Both the position numbers and the translations under genes were made by a program. This document shows, one piece after another, positions 27,270 to 41,952 of a stretch of 60,260 bases of DNA. The notes beneath the pieces are model-generated. The model ran no database searches. It was not told where the DNA came from and saw only the letters and a list, made by a program, of their open reading frames with translations. Source of the stretch: Trichoplax sp. H2 (lineage: Eukaryota). Each line of letters starts with the position of its first letter. Position 1 is the stretch's first letter. Location: the NCBI GenBank assembly GCA_003344405.1, contig NOWV01000295.1, positions 1 to 60,260 of the forward strand, in the 5' to 3' direction.

Positions 27270-30200
27270 ATGATTTTACTGGAAATTGAAAATAAAATTG
27301 TAGAAACTACTCTTAAGAGTAGGCTAAACAGGTTAGCAAAGTAGCTTCAAATTGAAATTCCTTTCAGTGATGTAAAAGAAGGCAATCACTATTTTCGATT
27401 CTATTAAACGACTCTATTTCACAGTGTGTACAATATTATAGCGCAAGACATACTACGATACCATACTGTAGCTAGTGGGATATGTGAGAAAATAGGACGA
27501 TTGCTGCCCTTGCACTCTTCATGCAATCTTGACTTGCCTCTCTTCTTTCTCCATGCTACACTAATACTTCTAGTTATTATTGACTCTCCACATTTCCCAC
27601 CAAGTGGGTAAGGTTACAATCTCTTTAACTTACTGAAGCTACTACAGCATTTGTTGCAGTGCTTTACCGATCATGTAACTGTCGAAAAAGAGCATGCTTC
27701 ATAGTCAGCAATTCTTGATCGAGCCATTTTCTACATTGCAAGGCTATCGAGTACGGGCGCCTACTCTCTTCTCTTTTTTTTTCCAAGTGCGTACAAGTAT
27801 GTTGACAACATACTGTACAGTCCCTATGTACACTCATTGAAAGTAATGGAACGTGCTAGTTTATTAAATTATAAAATAACTTCAAGCGATTGTCTCTTTT
27901 ATTCTTGCTTGAAGTATACCTCCCATTCTACCACGGAATGGACGATACGAATTCAGTTGCTGTATATTTGTATAATATAATAAGTGCCCGGAATTTTTGA
28001 AAGAGTACATAAACAAAGTGGCACTGCGTAAACTTGATTTCACGGCAATACGCGTAGGAAACACGCTGCTGTACAGTATGCTGTATTGGACATACAAATA
28101 GACAGTAGATCAGTGCCACTAGACTACGATGTGTCCTCAATCTTTAAATAACTCTTACTAATAATATTTTACCTTGGCATCAACAGTCAAAAGCCTGACG
28201 CCGTCGATCAAACGGTAGCTGGTAAGTTGGTAATAGACTAAATTTAGCAATATAGACTACACTTTACTACAGCAAATTTTCTACAACTACCTAGCTATAC
28301 TACACGGTATCATCCATATAGGCATATACCAGTTATCATTTCATGCTATATACTGAGTAATTAATAAATCGCTACCTTCAATGTAATAAAGTGTAACCAC
28401 ATAATGCATCTATGATTATGGACTGTTCCATAATTGATTTAGCCATTGCTTCAAATTCCTTGTTAACAATTAATTAAATGAACAATTAAATTTTATTTTA
28501 GAATCTCTTCATACTAATATTGTAGTTAGCAACCTCTAGTCCATTAGTTATGCTCATGAAATAGACTTTTGAGATCAATCAAGTAGAAGCAAACCAACTT
28601 GCAAGCGATTTCTAACCATATTCATCCTACTTCTATCAATAGACTACGATGGCGTGGTATTTCATATTTCAAATCCAGGCCGGGATAAAAGTAAAATAAT
28701 GGTTAGCATTTCCATAAGATCCTATGCTCAACTTCAACAACATGGCGTCGATGAGGTAATTCTAAGATTAGTACTAACGGTAACGAGCTTGCTTTCACAA
28801 TGTACTGACTAGTGTGCTAATGGCACTAGATCATGATAGAATGGATATAGCGATCAACTATTACAGTAACATCATTAAACACAAAACCGAATGGTAAATG
28901 TTTTCCTTATTTCCATAGCATCTGGCTACAATATACGGCAACTACCTAACCACCCCGGAGGAAGGTATGCAAAATATTTCTATTAGCCCTATAGCGCAAT
29001 GCCAGTTGCTTACAAATCTTCATTCTGAACCTGTTCAGGCTATGATGTATCTCTGTTGTTCGATTTGGAAAATCTTTCATCCGATAAAGGTATAACGAAT
29101 ATGTATTTCAAATTACTACATCTTGTTTATAATAGTTAAATTCTTACCTTCGTCTCGACTCAAATTTTTCTAGATATCCTCATAAGAAATGCTAGCCTCT
29201 TGAAGCGAAACTGTGTAGCTTGCGTGTTTGAGAAATACTTTGATTTACAAAAGCAATACGAAGATCAAGGAGTACAGAGTAAAGATTTTGCAATTATAAA
29301 CTATCGCGAAGATGAGACACTGTAAGTTTCCCCGTATGATACCTGTGTACATTATTAATGGTTACAGTATATCTCTGAATCTAAATCCGGTAAAACCCTT
29401 CTTAGTTATATCCAGGCGCAGAAAGATCGAGTTGTTGTGATTTTTAGCACTCTTTTCAAGGATGAGAATGATATCATTATTGGTAAAGTTTTCATGCAGG
29501 TATTCCGATATTGAATGAATTACGCAATAATCAGATCACTAACTAGCATTTGATGGCTTGGTAGTACTCGTATCGCAGTTTCAATGATAGCTTGTCAATT
29601 TTCTATATCATAATACATTGATGTACCTCACTTCGAACGACAGGAATTTAAAGAAGGAAGGCGTGGTCGCCAAGAAGCTCCACAGGTGCTGTTTAGCCAT
29701 AGAGACCCTCCACTTGAGCTACGTGGCACTAGTGCTCGTATTGGAGACAACGTTGCTTACATCTCATTTGGTAGGTACATTGATCTAGGCTTCCGTAAAT
29801 TTTGATCAAAACTGACTTATATGCCGTTTATTTGTAGTTCTTTTTCCTAGACATACAAATCCCAAAAATCGCCAAAATACAATCAATGTAATTCATACTT
29901 TCCGAAATTATTTACATTATCATATCAAATGCTCAAAGGTAAGCGAGCTCTTAATTATACACATTACTAAGCATAAATCTATCAATTAACGATCATTGTT
30001 ACTGAGGTTGACGAGTCACACACATCATGGTTACATTCTCCGATAGTTGTATCACAACAAATTTTTAATAACGGTATATTCACATTCCACCACTACCATT
30101 CTATTAGGCGTACCTACATTCTCGGATGAGAGCTCGCACCGAGGATTTCTTGAAAGTTCTTAACCGAGCCAAACCTGAGAAAGTCTCCGAAAAGAAAACT

Positions 30201-30323
30201 ATAAGGTATTGTAAATTATTGCCATTTATTATTCCATAAATGCACATATTCATAAATCGCGAATAAGTAATGACTGAAAATTTAATAATTCTTCTCAGTG
30301 GCAAGACTTTCGTTAGGAGATAA
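27270..30323 (+). CDS. ARPC2: Actin-related protein 2/3 complex subunit 2 (p34-Arc)
   Basis: Exons 27270-27331, 28187-28221, 28643-28755, 28919-28964, 29039-29089, 29174-29322, 29406-29499, 29644-29770, 29838-29938, 30108-30205, 30299-30323. [12 protein letters not shown]...[12 protein letters not shown]...[13 protein letters not shown]...[18 protein letters not shown]...SGKTFVRR*. Confidence 0.97.
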
Positions 30324-31337
30324 ATTGCAAAGATGACTGACAAGTGACAACAAAGTAATGTTCCAAGCACTGTAGCTTTTGCAGATGTTGGTTAAGTCAC
30401 TGGTTACATCGTAAGCCAATGTGAAACGCACGCGTCTTCAACCTTTAAAGAATTTTTGCTATGTTCATTAGATAAAGTCAGAAACTATCAGATATGTTTA
30501 AAATAAATCGGTTGGCCTTCATCAGTTATTGATTTTGTGATAAGTTTGTATAAGATTTGTGATATATTTCATAATACATCTATAAAATACATTTGTTATT
30601 TTTCAAGATTATTGTAATAAAATAAAATAAAATGTAATACTCTATGGTAAAGATTTCATTGCTCATCCTTATAGTTATACTACTATTTTAGATGCTTTTG
30701 CTGATGACATCAGAGAGAAGTGAACCATTTTATACGATAATATACAAGTATGCGAGTGTTAAAAATAGCAAGGAAAGCTGCAAAATCCTAGCACAATGAT
30801 ATTTCGTATTAGGCCCGATACCTTCCTTCAGTTATTGTATCTATTTCACTACTTACGGGCATACACCTATGAATGGAATCTAGAATTGCAGGCCATCTGA
30901 ACCGCTTTGGTGCCTGTAAATGTTAATGAACTTAATAGCAGAGTCTCTCTTAAATTTGATCATACACACGATGTATAGCTCCTGCATGGCAAGATTATGT
31001 TCTGATACGCATGGAGATACAATGAAAGTGAATTGTGTAGCGCAGATACTGTGCATACCCAATTACCCATATACGCTAGACCCCCCTCTGAAATATACGT
31101 ATAATTATCACAAACTCGATTACAGTGCGAATAATCTCTTTTATACACCTGTCAAGAAATTTTGTGCAATTCCATTCAACTCATAGAGATAAGATAAGAA
31201 TTAATCAAGTCTGTAGCTTACTTGAGTCGGCCCTGGAGAAAAAGCGAAGAATAGGTTGTACTACCGTGGGCCTAGTACATAAAGATTTAGATTCGTTCCC
31301 ATTTAGTATCGAAATTACTAATATGCGCTACATTAGA

Positions 31338-32165
31338 ACGGAGTGCTGACGTAGTACGATACAATTCCTTGAAGCCGTGAAATAGTATAAAGTCATCAAT
31401 AAAGCAAAATAATATAATATACGCGTACGAGCAGACTACCCGCGGCTGTATTTCACATTAGCGGTTACACATTGTCACAACCGAGATTGTAACACAAGAA
31501 TTAAACGGGATTCTTTCCTCTAAAGTAGACTTAACTATCTAAGCAACTAACTCTAAGCACTCTTTAATCAACCAAACTTAGATTCGAGTCTTAGACGATA
31601 GATTACTCACAGACTACCCGCTGTATTTCACATTAGCGGTTACAAATATTAACGTAATGTTTTCGTTGGCAATTCCTTTTTGCTTTGATTCTATAGCTGT
31701 CGTGTAAGAAACCTTCTTTTCTTTTATAGTAAAAAGGATATATGCTTCCTTACANNNNNNNNNNNNNNNNNNNNACGGAGTGCTGACGTAGTACGATACA
31801 ATTCCTTGGAGCCGTGAAATAGTATAAAGTCATCAATAAAGCAAAATAATATAATATACGCGTACGAGCAGACTACCCGCGGCTGTATTTCACATTAGCG
31901 GTTACACATATTAAAGTAATTTTTTTGTTGGTAATTCCTTTTGTATGATACGATTCCTTGATAACGTGAAATGGTATAAAGTCATCCATAAAGCAAAATA
32001 ATATAATATACGCGTACGACCAGACTACCCGCTGTATTTCACATTAGCGGTTACAAATATTAACGTAATGTTTTCGTTGGCAATTCCTTTTTGCTTTGAT
32101 TCTATAGCTGTCGTGTAAGAAACCTTCTTTTCTTTTATAGTAAAAAGGATATATGCTTCCTTACA
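31338..32165. repeat. Duplicated flanks around a 20-N assembly gap (31755-31774); probably overlapping haplotypes
   Basis: 31338-31472 is nearly identical to 31775-31909, and 31610-31754 matches 32021-32165. Confidence 0.85.
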
Positions 32166-33304
32166 TATTATTCGATCGAATGTTTATTTCGAACGGGTGT
32201 CGCAGTTAGTAACATACGCTCGTATATATAGATATTATATTTTCGAGGCGCTGAGACCTTATTTTCAGCACTGTATCTGATGCCAGTATCGTTTTGATAC
32301 AGTACACTATATAAGTCGGGCCTAATGATGGTATAACGCAACACGATTTTGTAAAATCACTTTCATAGCTTATGACGATAGTAACTTTAAGACCGCAAAA
32401 ATTGCATCGACCACGCTGCTAAATGGCCCAACGACTATTAATACGAGTATATACACGTTGCCGTACTAACTTTTACGCTCTTAAGGTCATTAACTTGAAT
32501 AACTAATAGTAAACTATAATTAGCTGCTTCATTTCTCTGAATGCATAACACTGACTATTACAATTACAGGGCGAGACAACAATCTCTGCGGTGAAATACC
32601 CGCATGAGCCCATTTCTTGTACTGTACGTAGACTATAAATCACTATAGAAAATGGCTTTATTTCGACCGAATGCGAGAATTATTTTCACTGTTAACGTTC
32701 CATTCATAAACAAGTATTGCTAATTTTAAAGTAGATGAAATGTGAGTTGTTAATTTAATTTCAAATCGGATTATAGCGGTAAAGCACTAAAAGGCACTTT
32801 GCATATTTTCTTTAAAAAATGAATAATGGTTAGCAGCGTCGAACGGTATTTTTATCCATTTTAGTCACACGGCTGTTTTTCGTCCGGTACCATGCTACTG
32901 TCAATGCTTAGCCCGCTGCTGGATTAAAGTTCAAGAACATGGCCAGGTACCGTTATGAGCTTTAGCATTTTACGTACATATACAGTACGCTTATAGCGCT
33001 ATGATACTCATGACTTTGATTTACACTGCTGTAGATTCTCGATTCAAAATAAGCATTCGGGCCTGATACAACTCTGTTTACTGTTAGTTTGTTACCGGGA
33101 GCAGGTTCCACGCACACTTTTAGAAATACGTATGCAAACTACAGTATACATACAGGCTGATTGTACTAGTCATTTTAATTAATTAATTGTGTGGTAAAGT
33201 CGTTAAATGGAGTGAAAACCCGAACCCGATCCAATTATTGTATTGATTTTCAAAGCCGAGATGAATGCAATCGCTATACAAACACCCTATTACCACAGGA
33301 ATTC

Positions 33305-33540
33305 TTAACCCGAATCCCCCTCCCCTTGATTGGGATCCAAATCAAGGTTTCGGGTTGACTTTTGTTGGTTATGTGAATCCGGAGTTGGCATTCAGAAAGT
33401 GTGGCGGCTCTGGGCCACCGTACAGAAGACTAGTGCGGTACAACAGCGTCCGCGTCGTTGCACAACAATCAGAGACTACTGTACTATCCAAAATTTTGCC
33501 CCTTCGCTTGGAAGGGTTTTAAAAGGGGCATATTTTAACT
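33305..33540 (+). other. GC-rich island of consecutive hairpins with a group I intron R-like motif; possible NUMT or structured RNA
   Basis: Stems aacccgaa/ttcgggtt, ccttgatt/aatcaagg, gtggc/gccac and tgcccctt/aaggggca. TCAGAGACTA at 33469-33478. Confidence 0.35.
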
Positions 33541-33574
33541 ATAATTATCCCCCAACTACTACATTGTACTTTTT

Positions 33575-36500
33575 AGTACCACAAAGAGACGATGACACAT
33601 TTCTCCAATCGAACTCGCGAGGAAACAGTAGAAATACGGTAGATTCATTAATTACGACTAAGAGTCCTTTCTCAATTAAGGGAATGATTACATGCCCACT
33701 TGAAAGATCTACGTATAACATGAAACCATACAATGAGATTGAAAGATTTCGATTGTTCCAATCATGCATCATCGATGGCTTTAGCACAGTTTAATACTAC
33801 TAATAATGATTCATTACTTCTTCTTCTTCTAATATAGTAATGTAAACTGGTTGACTATATGACTCAAATAAACGCTGTATGCATAACTATTGTTGGAGGA
33901 ATGTTCTAGTGGAGTAATGCGTATTGTCTTCAAATATTGGACAATGTCAACTATTGTCCAAGCAACATCTTTCAAGTCTGTAATTTTGTAAGAGTCATGA
34001 AAGAGTAAGTTTTAGTCTACTACAATAGATGAAGTCATCGATTTAGAGAAATGAAGAATCGCCAGAAGGACAACTGCTGCTAAGTAGAATAGTACGAAAG
34101 CATGCATTCTCAGCGCTGCTTCCCTAGAGTACTTCTTCATCAATAGAGAAAATATCATGAAGGCGGAAAAAAGCCAAAATGGCAATTGAATTCTAATGTG
34201 GGTAATTTGTAAATCAACTTGTAGACTCCGATTTATCATCGACAAGTACCACTATCGGATTTAATTTGAACCTTTGCTGATAGCACTATCAGTGTCGAGT
34301 CAGAATAGATTATACAGCAAATGATATATAAATTACTGCATTTCGTGTGTCTAAGATGAATACAATAGAAGAAAGGAACTGCAAGTTAGGCTTTCTGGCC
34401 GTCAACACTTGAAATGATGAAATTAAACTATTCTATTAATTCTAATAATTCAATAAGCGATATGAGTAACGATGTTAATTTGCTGTACAATCAATAGCCT
34501 ATGGTTTTAATCACTGCATACTATTCATCATACTGTAATAGTTCAGTAAGAATAGCATGATATAATGCCTCTATTCTCTACCATTCCTCGAACGAGATCA
34601 TCGCACATAGAAAAATGTTATGTATCATTGTCTTACGATTTGTAAAGTGACAATAAAAAATGTCATAAAACGGTCTACAAAACCAGTTGATGAAGTTAGT
34701 ACCTCATGATAAAACGACAAACATTCCCTAATAATACATCGTCTACTCGAAACGATGACTAGAATAACCATAATGGATCTATTTAAAATTAAAAAAAAAA
34801 AAAATGAGAAACGATCGGCATTGAAATCGTATATTGCCAAGTGATGGCCATGTTTTCAGGTGGTCTACTTCGAATCTAAATAGAAATTGATTGAATATAC
34901 TTTAGTAATTAGCGCTAAATAGAAATAACTCATCATCTTTGATTAATCGCTATAAATCCAATGTTTTTTCTATCTCTTATTTGCATAACTGATTTACATG
35001 GGAAAAATATTTTCAGTCTGGCGACAGTCGGTAATACAAAGAGTCATCACGTCATCGATGGCTAGGCTTGGCATTGAAGAGGTGCTTTATTTATTGTATA
35101 TAATCTAATTGAAATTGAAGTACCGCCTCGTTAAAGAAACCCAACCGTCTATCCAGGACTGCAATGGTCTATCACTAATTGTCTACTATTGTTTCATTAT
35201 TATAATAATTATTCTTATTTTTACTGACTTATCAATTTGAATCTACCCCTAACTGATTGTTGCACTGTATACTAAAGCTATTTTTTCAAGCTGCCTCGGC
35301 GTATGTATATCAATTCTTATTCTTTTCTCGACATTCTATCTCTCTTACTCAGTAGTTGTGCTTCCTTATCTTTATTTTAGTCGATCATAGAAGATTATTC
35401 TGTAACGACTGGCTATAGTACTTGTAACTAGTATCTGTTTGCTATTTTGTAAGCAGCGTGCGTCCTTGGAATATTAGATCAAAGCATTTCACTTGTACCG
35501 TAGAAAGCAAAATCGATTCAGTATTCCGTTAATTATTCATCTATCAAATACGGTAAGACATTATTCTATAATTTCAATTTAATTTGTGAATTGTTTATGG
35601 AGGCGATATCATTAAAATAAAATTGATTCCATTAACGTAATCGACTTTTATAGTGGAAAAAAATTTGAATTAATGCGCAACGTGGATATTACTCTTCCGT
35701 TTATTATTCCCATATTATTTTTTCATCAACTTTGGATTAATTCTGTTTGCATTAGTGCGTTACTACCATAATTTAACAACTTTTGTTTCTATAAAGAATG
35801 TCTCATTTCACCTTTACAAGCGTCTACATTCTAGTCGTTAATCGTTACTTCAAATCGTCCTCAAATGGGACATAAAACAACAAACGCCTTCAAAATTGCA
35901 AAGTGTTGTCACCCAATAACATCAAAATGTCCCCCTACTTTTACACTAGATAACGTCAACAGCGATCACTTGCCCATTCATTTTCGCTAATTTTATTATA
36001 GTTAACATCCTGAAATGCTTAATCAAGTTTTAAAGACGATGTCATTTTCATTGATGCTATGTGAAATTTAAGTGATCTAGCTAACTCACTAGTCATTCTT
36101 CAACATCTTACCAATGCGATATTAAACGAGAATCATTCTTTTGGTTAGAGTGTAGTATTTTTCAAAGTAGCACCTTAACAGTTAACGCTTATTGTATTAC
36201 TCTACTATGGAGCCTACAGTAGTAGAGTAAATGAACTATAAAGTTGACAGTTGACATTTAACCTATTTGTACACAAACATTACATTAACAAGCGATGAAA
36301 TATAGAATATTACATGTTGTACAGTATATCGAGCACAAGCCGTCGATGATCAAAACGTTGAAAATGATTAAACTATCTGACGCTCTGTACCATATTGGTA
36401 TGGGCTAACGCCTATGAACAAATTGAAAATTGTGCATATCGGTACTTTTATACGCTTTACTATCGGTAGACACTGATTTTACCATCAAAGACTACCCGTA

Positions 36501-39500
36501 TATTGACTATAGAGTTCAAGTATACTGTAAGCCACAAGAAATTGTTACACATTGACGAGACTGCTTGTAATAGACGATGCTCGATATTGTAGAACTCCTA
36601 AAACGCTTTGTTCTCGACTTATTCTGCATATTATAGCGGAATAGTGAAAGGAGAAAAGCATTGTGTTCTTTAGTATTTAAATAAATTATATGCGTAGTAT
36701 ACTAGAATTTTTCAACTAATAGAAAGTCGTATCATATTTTTATTTTTTTGGCATTAGAATATCGACATCTATCCAATAGTTTACAATGATTTTTATTACC
36801 ACCTTCACCCTTGAATTTACGTAGTGTAGGCAATACTGTAAACTTTAGTGTAGAGTATAACCAGAGCGGGCAAGTTAGTTATCATGCCTTGAGAATACGC
36901 CATACGATATCGCGATAAAACGATGATTGCTAAAGCATATCACTAAGCCTTCATTTTACATTACTCAATTTAATGCTACCAATCCGTCTTTAACGTTGGT
37001 GTTAAGAAAGATACTGGTAATTACATCATATCCGGTATGATACGTAGTAAATCTCTTAATAAAATGAACCTATTTACGAGTTTGCAGAACTACATCGATT
37101 GATAATCCAGAGTTTTACTAACTTCATATCTTACGCGTATACTCTAATTTTTTTGCATATTGATCAACTTTGAAGGCAAATTTTTATTGACATAACTTTT
37201 CGATAAAGAATACTTGAGTGGACGCATCAGTAAATAATGACATATTTTATTGTCAAATAAACACAAATGATCAAATAGTTCGATTTACACTTCCTACAAG
37301 AATGGCTATAAATTGCGGTAGGATATAATTAGAGGGTATTAGCTTGATGAATAGGAAAAGGTCGATATCTTGTCGACTAAAAAGGCAATATAGTTAAAAT
37401 CATCAAATAGTATTTGTAAATATTTTACTGCAAAAGGAAAGCAAACAGATTCACCCAAATATAAGACAATCACCTAGATTAAACACTATCAAGATTCATA
37501 GCCAGAAGCCGGTAGTTACTATATAGGAAAGTAGTTCCTTTTTCGTTATACCGTACGGGAATATTGCATAATATAATGATTGCATTAAGCAATCCAGCGA
37601 TTTCGTTACCAATAGTAAAAACATGAGCTAGGAATTTTAGTGCCATAAGCAATTGTCATTCATACACTCGTCATCGAATGGATAGCTTTTTGAATGATAC
37701 CTACCTTAAGGTCAAATAGAAACGATTGTTTCAGGAGCCTCTTTTAATATACAGTACTGTAGGACATACAGTATCGACCTTTTAATACATTTACTAAAAA
37801 AAATTTGATTTTAACGCTGCCATATGTTTAATATTTTACGTGTAAACATATCATTGTAGTGGGTTAAAGGTATCCTAAATATTAATCCATCAATAATGAT
37901 AACATTATGATCGGAAATTAAAAGTATGAAAAATGTATCATGTTGTAGTCGGCATAAATAAATTAAATTTTAAAGAATCAGACCCGACTTTCAAAGATCG
38001 CAATGTAATTAGTATGATCAAAATGATATGTAAATAAATTATACATAAAATAAGGAATGATATTTGCAATAGTTTAGACATTTTTTTGTTTGTCTTTGAT
38101 TATACAGCACATTTCATTACAACTGTAGATGTAAAATAAAATTATTAGATAGATAAACAGTTCTTACGCTCAGATGATAATTTACAATACATTAGTGTAA
38201 ACTACTATATTTGCCTTATATGTTATACATAAAAATCTAAACGTTAATGTGTCGTGAGTAATAACATAATTACAGCGAGAGTAAAGCATTCAAAAGTAGG
38301 AGATCATATTTTATTTAAGGCATGCTGTTGATCACTATCTAGTAATACGGAACACTAAATACTGATAAAATGGCGATTTACAAAGACAATGCGATACGAC
38401 TATAATATATTTTCGCAAAATATATTACCCAATTTTAATCTTTAGATCAACGGAAACGTGATACGCACTAGTATCATAATATAATGTTTAGTTTATGGTA
38501 TCCTGTACATTACTATCCACAATAAATCTGTTACGCGTGATTTAATGAACTAGTTCACGACAACAACAACAATTAAAAGCAAAACAAATAAAAAATACGT
38601 AGAGATGATTACTACATTCACAATTCTTCTTTTACTTTATAATCAGATGAATTTAATGGCATAATCTGAATGAAATAAGCAATTTACTAATCACTAACAA
38701 TATCCCAGTCTTACATCAAAGTTTATCGGCTAACGTGTACGTATACAGTAGAGTGAAACTTCAGACATAGAACAAATATCGTAAAATACATGACTGATAT
38801 TGTACTATTCAGTATTATACACTTTCTGGTGCGATTATAGTATCAAATTCTAATCAATATGTACACTAAAGGGTCAAAATTTTTCATTTTTCTTCATCTT
38901 CTTGCGATTAAACTTACTAACATTAGCTTCCCAAGACGACTACGTAAACCTCTATAAGCATACTTTACAATCAATACACGTACTTTTATATTTAAAATTG
39001 ATACAGTAAATTAAAGCTTCAAATCATTCATAATTGATTATTATATAATGATTTGATTGAATGAATTTAATTTCTGGGCTCAACAATAGACTACTTCTTA
39101 TTGCATCGCTAATTTAAAGAAGTCAATAGTCAAGATAGCGCTGATTGAGAGATTAGACAAAATATAGACAAAAACTGTAAATTGGAGTATTGGGATATCT
39201 ATAGTCATGGGCGGCGTACTACATTATCGCCGTCTTGAAATAATAATAATGGCCTAAGAAAAATTTACACGTGCATTAAAATGTAATGAATTAATTGTCC
39301 CTATTTCATTTAACTGTGGACAGCATAATTGATGCTATCTAGTACTCCAATATGCGCGTATTTCTAACTACTGTATTCGCATATAAATTCGCTTAAAAGA
39401 TTAATTGCACGACACTCTAATGCCGGAAATGAAGAAGGAAAATTACCGATACTATGTAGTCATTGTAGTCAAGATAGCTGTATGCGTAGTGAGTCAGTTA

Positions 39501-41952
39501 ATTTTTCTTTGAATAAGAAAGATTACAAAAAGAACTGCAATTATATCACAAAGCATTCAGTATGTTATAATGCGGTAAATACATAAAAATTTAACGGTAT
39601 TCCACTAATGCAAAATCTACAGCTTAAAAGAATAATTTTAGTAATCGCACAGTAGGACTAGTTTCGATTTCTGCCATTATAATATACGGATAGTAAGACT
39701 GTCACAAAGTTTTTGCATATTCTACCACTGTTAAACCTTAAAGTATCATGATCGGTATAGTTTGTTCTCCAGTATTTATCATCATTACTAGTACACGCAT
39801 ATTTCGATAGAAATCTCTCTCTTTACTTACTCTTAAAAACTTACAACATCTGAATCGTTGACTAACTCTACCATCTTGAGCAATACTATTTATATATAAT
39901 TAAAGTTAAAGTATCATAAGTTATAGATATTGTTCCGTTTAAGTAATTTTTTGCATTCATTAATAACGTATGCATCTTTTCTATCACCTATAGCCCAACA
40001 AAACACATCGACTTTGGCGTTGGACTCTAAACTCATCGCTCCATCATGATTTGGCGTGGATCACTTATGACTGTAGTGTTTTGCCTTCTCTTACCTGGCT
40101 ACTACGCACAAGGTATACATAGCGATGTTTCATATGCTACTATACAGTATACGCGTATATCTAATTAGGTTCAGTATTCTTATACACTATACACTATTAT
40201 ATATTTGGCAATATCTATTATATTATTATTATAGTTTCAAAATTGTTACGGTAAGAAAAGGGTATTACTTTTAAACAAATTACATGATGTGAATACAAAG
40301 TATCGTAAGAACTGATCTATATCACAATCAATGATTACAATAATAATTTTAGAACACTGAGGAAAAAATTTATATATCTATAAACCATATTAATCAAAAT
40401 AGATATTATGAATACGTTCCAAAAATATTTACTACGATAATGTTAATATCGTTCTCAATTTCGATGTTTTACAGAGTACTACGAATTTACCACACATCCA
40501 AGCAATGTCTACCTTGCAGGAGGCGTACCTCAAGTTGTGATGTCTTGCAGAGCCGCACCTGTAACAGGCTTAACTTGGACTTATCAATGGCGACTAAATA
40601 ATGATTATCTTTCTGCCCAACAAAGAGGCAATGCTAGATTCACCGGATTTAACAGTAATGAGCTTACAATAGGATCCGCTACTAGCGATATTTACGATAC
40701 CACTCTTTTCGGTAAAGGTAATAATTTCACATGTGTGGCAACCAATAATAATGGACCTATAACGTCAAGAATCGCAAATATCTTCCGTGTTGGTAAGTTA
40801 CACCCATAGAAATAACGTTTAACTCTTATATAACTTATATGCCATACGGTACTCGTATTTAAAACGCTATCATAAGGAATTAACATAATAATATTTCCGA
40901 ATTTATTATATACCGTACTAAAATATCAGATATTTTCAGGTAAACCATTCTTTCAAGGAAACAGTAAATTAAACAAAAATGCTACCTTTTTAGCGGGTCA
41001 AGCTACAAGTATCCAATGTGGTGACACAAAATTTCCGGAAATTCCTATCACCTTATTGTGGCATTACACGAGAAATGAATTACGCTTTAATCCATCATCC
41101 GATGGAAGAATTGCGATCGCCTTAGATGGCACTCTATATTTCGCTAACTTACTTGTTTCTGATGCAACGCGTTATCGTTGTGGTGTAAGGCCTACTCAAC
41201 CAATCACAAGTACCAATATATTTTTTTCAGGAAACACAACATTAGCTATACAGCCAAGAGGTTAGTCTAAAATAAATCAAGTTATACCTCGAACAGCGAC
41301 TACATCTTTTAAAATTTCTTTAGTACTTCGATGTTCTAATTACTATCAACGTAGTAGCAGCAGTTGTCAAATATTACAATTTATACATAAATTATTCCAG
41401 ACATACTAATATAATGTAGAATTTTAATTTCTAATAGTCATCAAACGTTGTACTTTTTTCAAATAATACATTTTTATTATTGTACTTGCAATTAATGTTT
41501 ACTAATCTATAACTTGTAAATTTTAATCTATCCTTTTCGTAAATTTTTCATCACAGTTTGCACCGGTCAATCATGTGGTAAGTACACAAATAGTTCGATA
41601 TGATATTGTGTATTACTTGTCTTTTATTATGAGCTTTTACTTTTTAAGCTAAGTAATATTAACTTACATACTGTATAATATCGTAACAGATTTTGGTCCA
41701 GAATTCCATAAAAGGTCCGGTAATGTGCAAGCAGTGATCGGTTCATCGATTACCTTAGAATGTATCCCCAAAGGAAGGTATCTATTGATAATACGGAAAT
41801 CAAAGATGTATAGCTGGGTTACTCGCTCAATCATGAGGCCTATTATGAAATGTAGTAGTTTTCCTTTACATAACATTTAACAGTTATTAAATTACAGTGT
41901 AAACTTATTCATTACGTCGTATCTAAACTCAAGAATTTCAATTTACTATTTC
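33575..41952 (+). repeat. Tandem segmental duplication, copy 1 (homologous to 51528-60260)
   Basis: Colinear homology from agtaccacaa (33575/51528) through the promoter, 5'UTR exon, long intron 1 and the Ig1-Ig3 exons. Offset about 18.0-18.3 kb. Confidence 0.97.
35040..35552 (+). promoter_or_regulatory. Putative promoter and non-coding first exon of L1-like gene 1
   Basis: CRE-like cacgtca at 35048-35054 (conserved at 52973-52979), TATA-like tatataa at 35097-35103, donor GTAAGA at 35553 (conserved at 53471) and acceptor before 39994. Confidence 0.5.

Noticed and set aside
30808..32326. 11-bp inverted repeat attaggcccga/tcgggcctaat as possible transposon TIRs
   Set aside because: Short, does not extend, no convincing TSD or transposase remnant, and it spans an assembly gap.
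33300..33540. Assignment to a known snRNA, RNase MRP/P or telomerase RNA
   Set aside because: No U1/U2/U4/U5/U11/U12 signature sequences, only a partial resemblance to the MRP P4 helix, and no CUAACCCU template. Left as an unassigned structured island.
33265..34245. ORFs 33265-33522, 33330-33794, 33545-33787 and 34012-34245
   Set aside because: No recognisable motifs. They straddle the duplication breakpoint or are disrupted by indels in the paralogous copy.
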